The notes beneath the pieces were generated by a model, which searched no databases, was not told the DNA's origin, and saw only the letters and a program-made list of their open reading frames with translations. A DNA stretch of 64,000 bases from Octopus bimaculoides (lineage: Eukaryota), in assembly GCF_001194135.2 (NCBI RefSeq), contig NC_068997.1, positions 19,823,377 to 19,887,376 of the forward strand, in the 5' to 3' direction. Below, one piece after another: positions 62,517 through 64,000 of the stretch (position 1 is its first letter; every line of letters starts with the position of its first letter). The translations under genes were made by a program, and so were the position numbers.

Positions 62517-63094
62517 GTAAAAGTAGCTTACGAGATGAACTTTTGCTTTGAGTAGTCACCCATTTGTCTACATGTCTTGATTGATAGCAATTTAAATATT
62601 TATTTCCCTTTAGAAATATAAAGCATTTTGACTAATTTGAGGCTCAGACCTCTTCGGTGATCTTTCTAGAGATTGTATTTCTAAATGTACTTTATGAGAA
62701 CAGTTGAATATTGGTTTTGATATTGGTTTCTTTTATTGGCATCAAATGTCCTTAGAGAAAGTTGAATCAAAGATTTAAGTGTACTTGGATAACCCGAGAT
62801 TGAAGACTAGGGAATTAGTGGATAAATTCTGTTAATTAGTAGAATAATTAGTGTTGAAGGTGGATATAATGATAGCATGATGGCTATTGTAGATTAAGAC
62901 TAATGGGAGGTGAAGTTAAGTTTAAAACTGTACTACATCTATTGAATAACATAGGATTTCCTTCTCAGTGCTATAAGTAAATTATATAAATAAATTATAG
63001 GAGATTTATGTAAGAAAGATATTACTATGTGGTAGTATTACAGAAAAGTATAACTGTATGATAGTGAATGTAGAGGGTTTAAAGTGGCAAAATG

Positions 63095-63265
63095 ACTGGA
63101 TTGTAGCTGGGGTGGGGGGTAGGGTAGGGGGCAGTCCACCCCAAGCGGCACTTTTATAGGGACACTACTTTTGGGACTGCTGTAGGCAATATGTGGTTTT
63201 TGTGGGGTATGGGGGTGGCAAACGGAAGGGCTGGCCTGGTTGACACACACTCTAGCTACACTAGT
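63095..63265. mobile_element. Small non-autonomous DNA element (hAT-MITE-like)
   Basis: Imperfect termini ACTGGATTGTAGCTGG and CTAGCTACACTAGT around a GC-rich interior in an AT-rich intron. Confidence 0.5.
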
Positions 63266-64000
63266 GCCTATAAGTCTTTTATTCTATCAAATGCAATATT
63301 CTTTTCTACTCTGGGCACAAGGCCCAAAACTTTTGGGGAGGGGGCCAGTCAATTAGACCGATCGCAGTACGCAACTTATCAACCCCGAAAGGATGAAAGG
63401 CAAAGTCGACCTCAGCAGAATTTAAACTTAGAATGTAAAGACAGATGGAATACCACTAAGCATTTCACCCGACGTGCTAAAGTTTCTGCCAGTTTACCGC
63501 CATTCTATCAAATATGATATTAAGAATACAAAAATGGCCTTGATGGCTTTCTGATCTTCAGTTAATTCAGAATTATTAATATAATTCATATAACAGTTAA
63601 AGTAAAGGGTATTTCTAAATTTAGCTGCTTCTTGTCTTTGCTGACAGAGGTCTCAGTTTAAAATGAAAAATTGACTGACACATGGGTGCAACAGCAAGAT
63701 CATTAATTAGTGTAGTTGTTGTTGAATCTATGGTTAATTCAAATAAAGCAGATTTACTATCAAAGGCATTTCAACCAAAAATATCATGTTCTCCTGTGTG
63801 CAGGACTGCATCAAATGTGGTGACATAGCTAGAGTATGTGCCACTCAGAGCAGCTCTTCAGTTTGCAACTGTGCCTTCCCCTAATACAAGCTTATACAGC
63901 TGACCCAAATAAAAGCATTACTCAAGGCTTACTTCCCCCTCCCTCCTCTACATTACTGATCAATCTTAAGGTGGGATTTGAGTAAGATTTAGTAGAAGGT

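Noticed and set aside
62481-62520. CTGAAGA and GAAA words within DGK exon 3
   Set aside because: They are explained by codons (PEE, MKS) and have no hammerhead stems.

Overview
This is AT-rich eukaryotic genomic DNA with many (TA)n/(CA)n/trinucleotide microsatellites and about 12 N-gaps. The SINE, RTE and MITE repertoire looks like that of an octopod cephalopod (inference from recall, not a search). The only host gene I can support is the 5' end of a type I diacylglycerol kinase (DGKB-like) on the + strand. Its three small coding exons (37344-37407, 57554-57630, 62411-62516) splice in frame with canonical GT-AG sites into an 82-aa DAG-kinase N-terminal domain, and the gene continues past the window. 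Most of the rest is intronic or upstream repeat: several tRNA-SINE families, RTE/CR1/R4-like LINE fragments, Tc1/mariner relics, piggyBac-like MITEs, a Helentron-type HINE and a decayed Penelope-like element with a GIY-YIG endonuclease. The most notable unannotated signal is a set of minimal type I hammerhead ribozyme motifs. Two have an intact core, two are U3-A8 core variants sitting in the arms of a 330-nt fold-back, and three are relics. They lie in short elements beside microsatellites. Also notable are several long intronic fold-backs, a pre-miRNA-like hairpin and a 13-mer motif cluster just upstream of the DGK start codon. All folds and alignments were done by eye and none were computed. 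The long ORF-track entries are microsatellite or N-gap artefacts.
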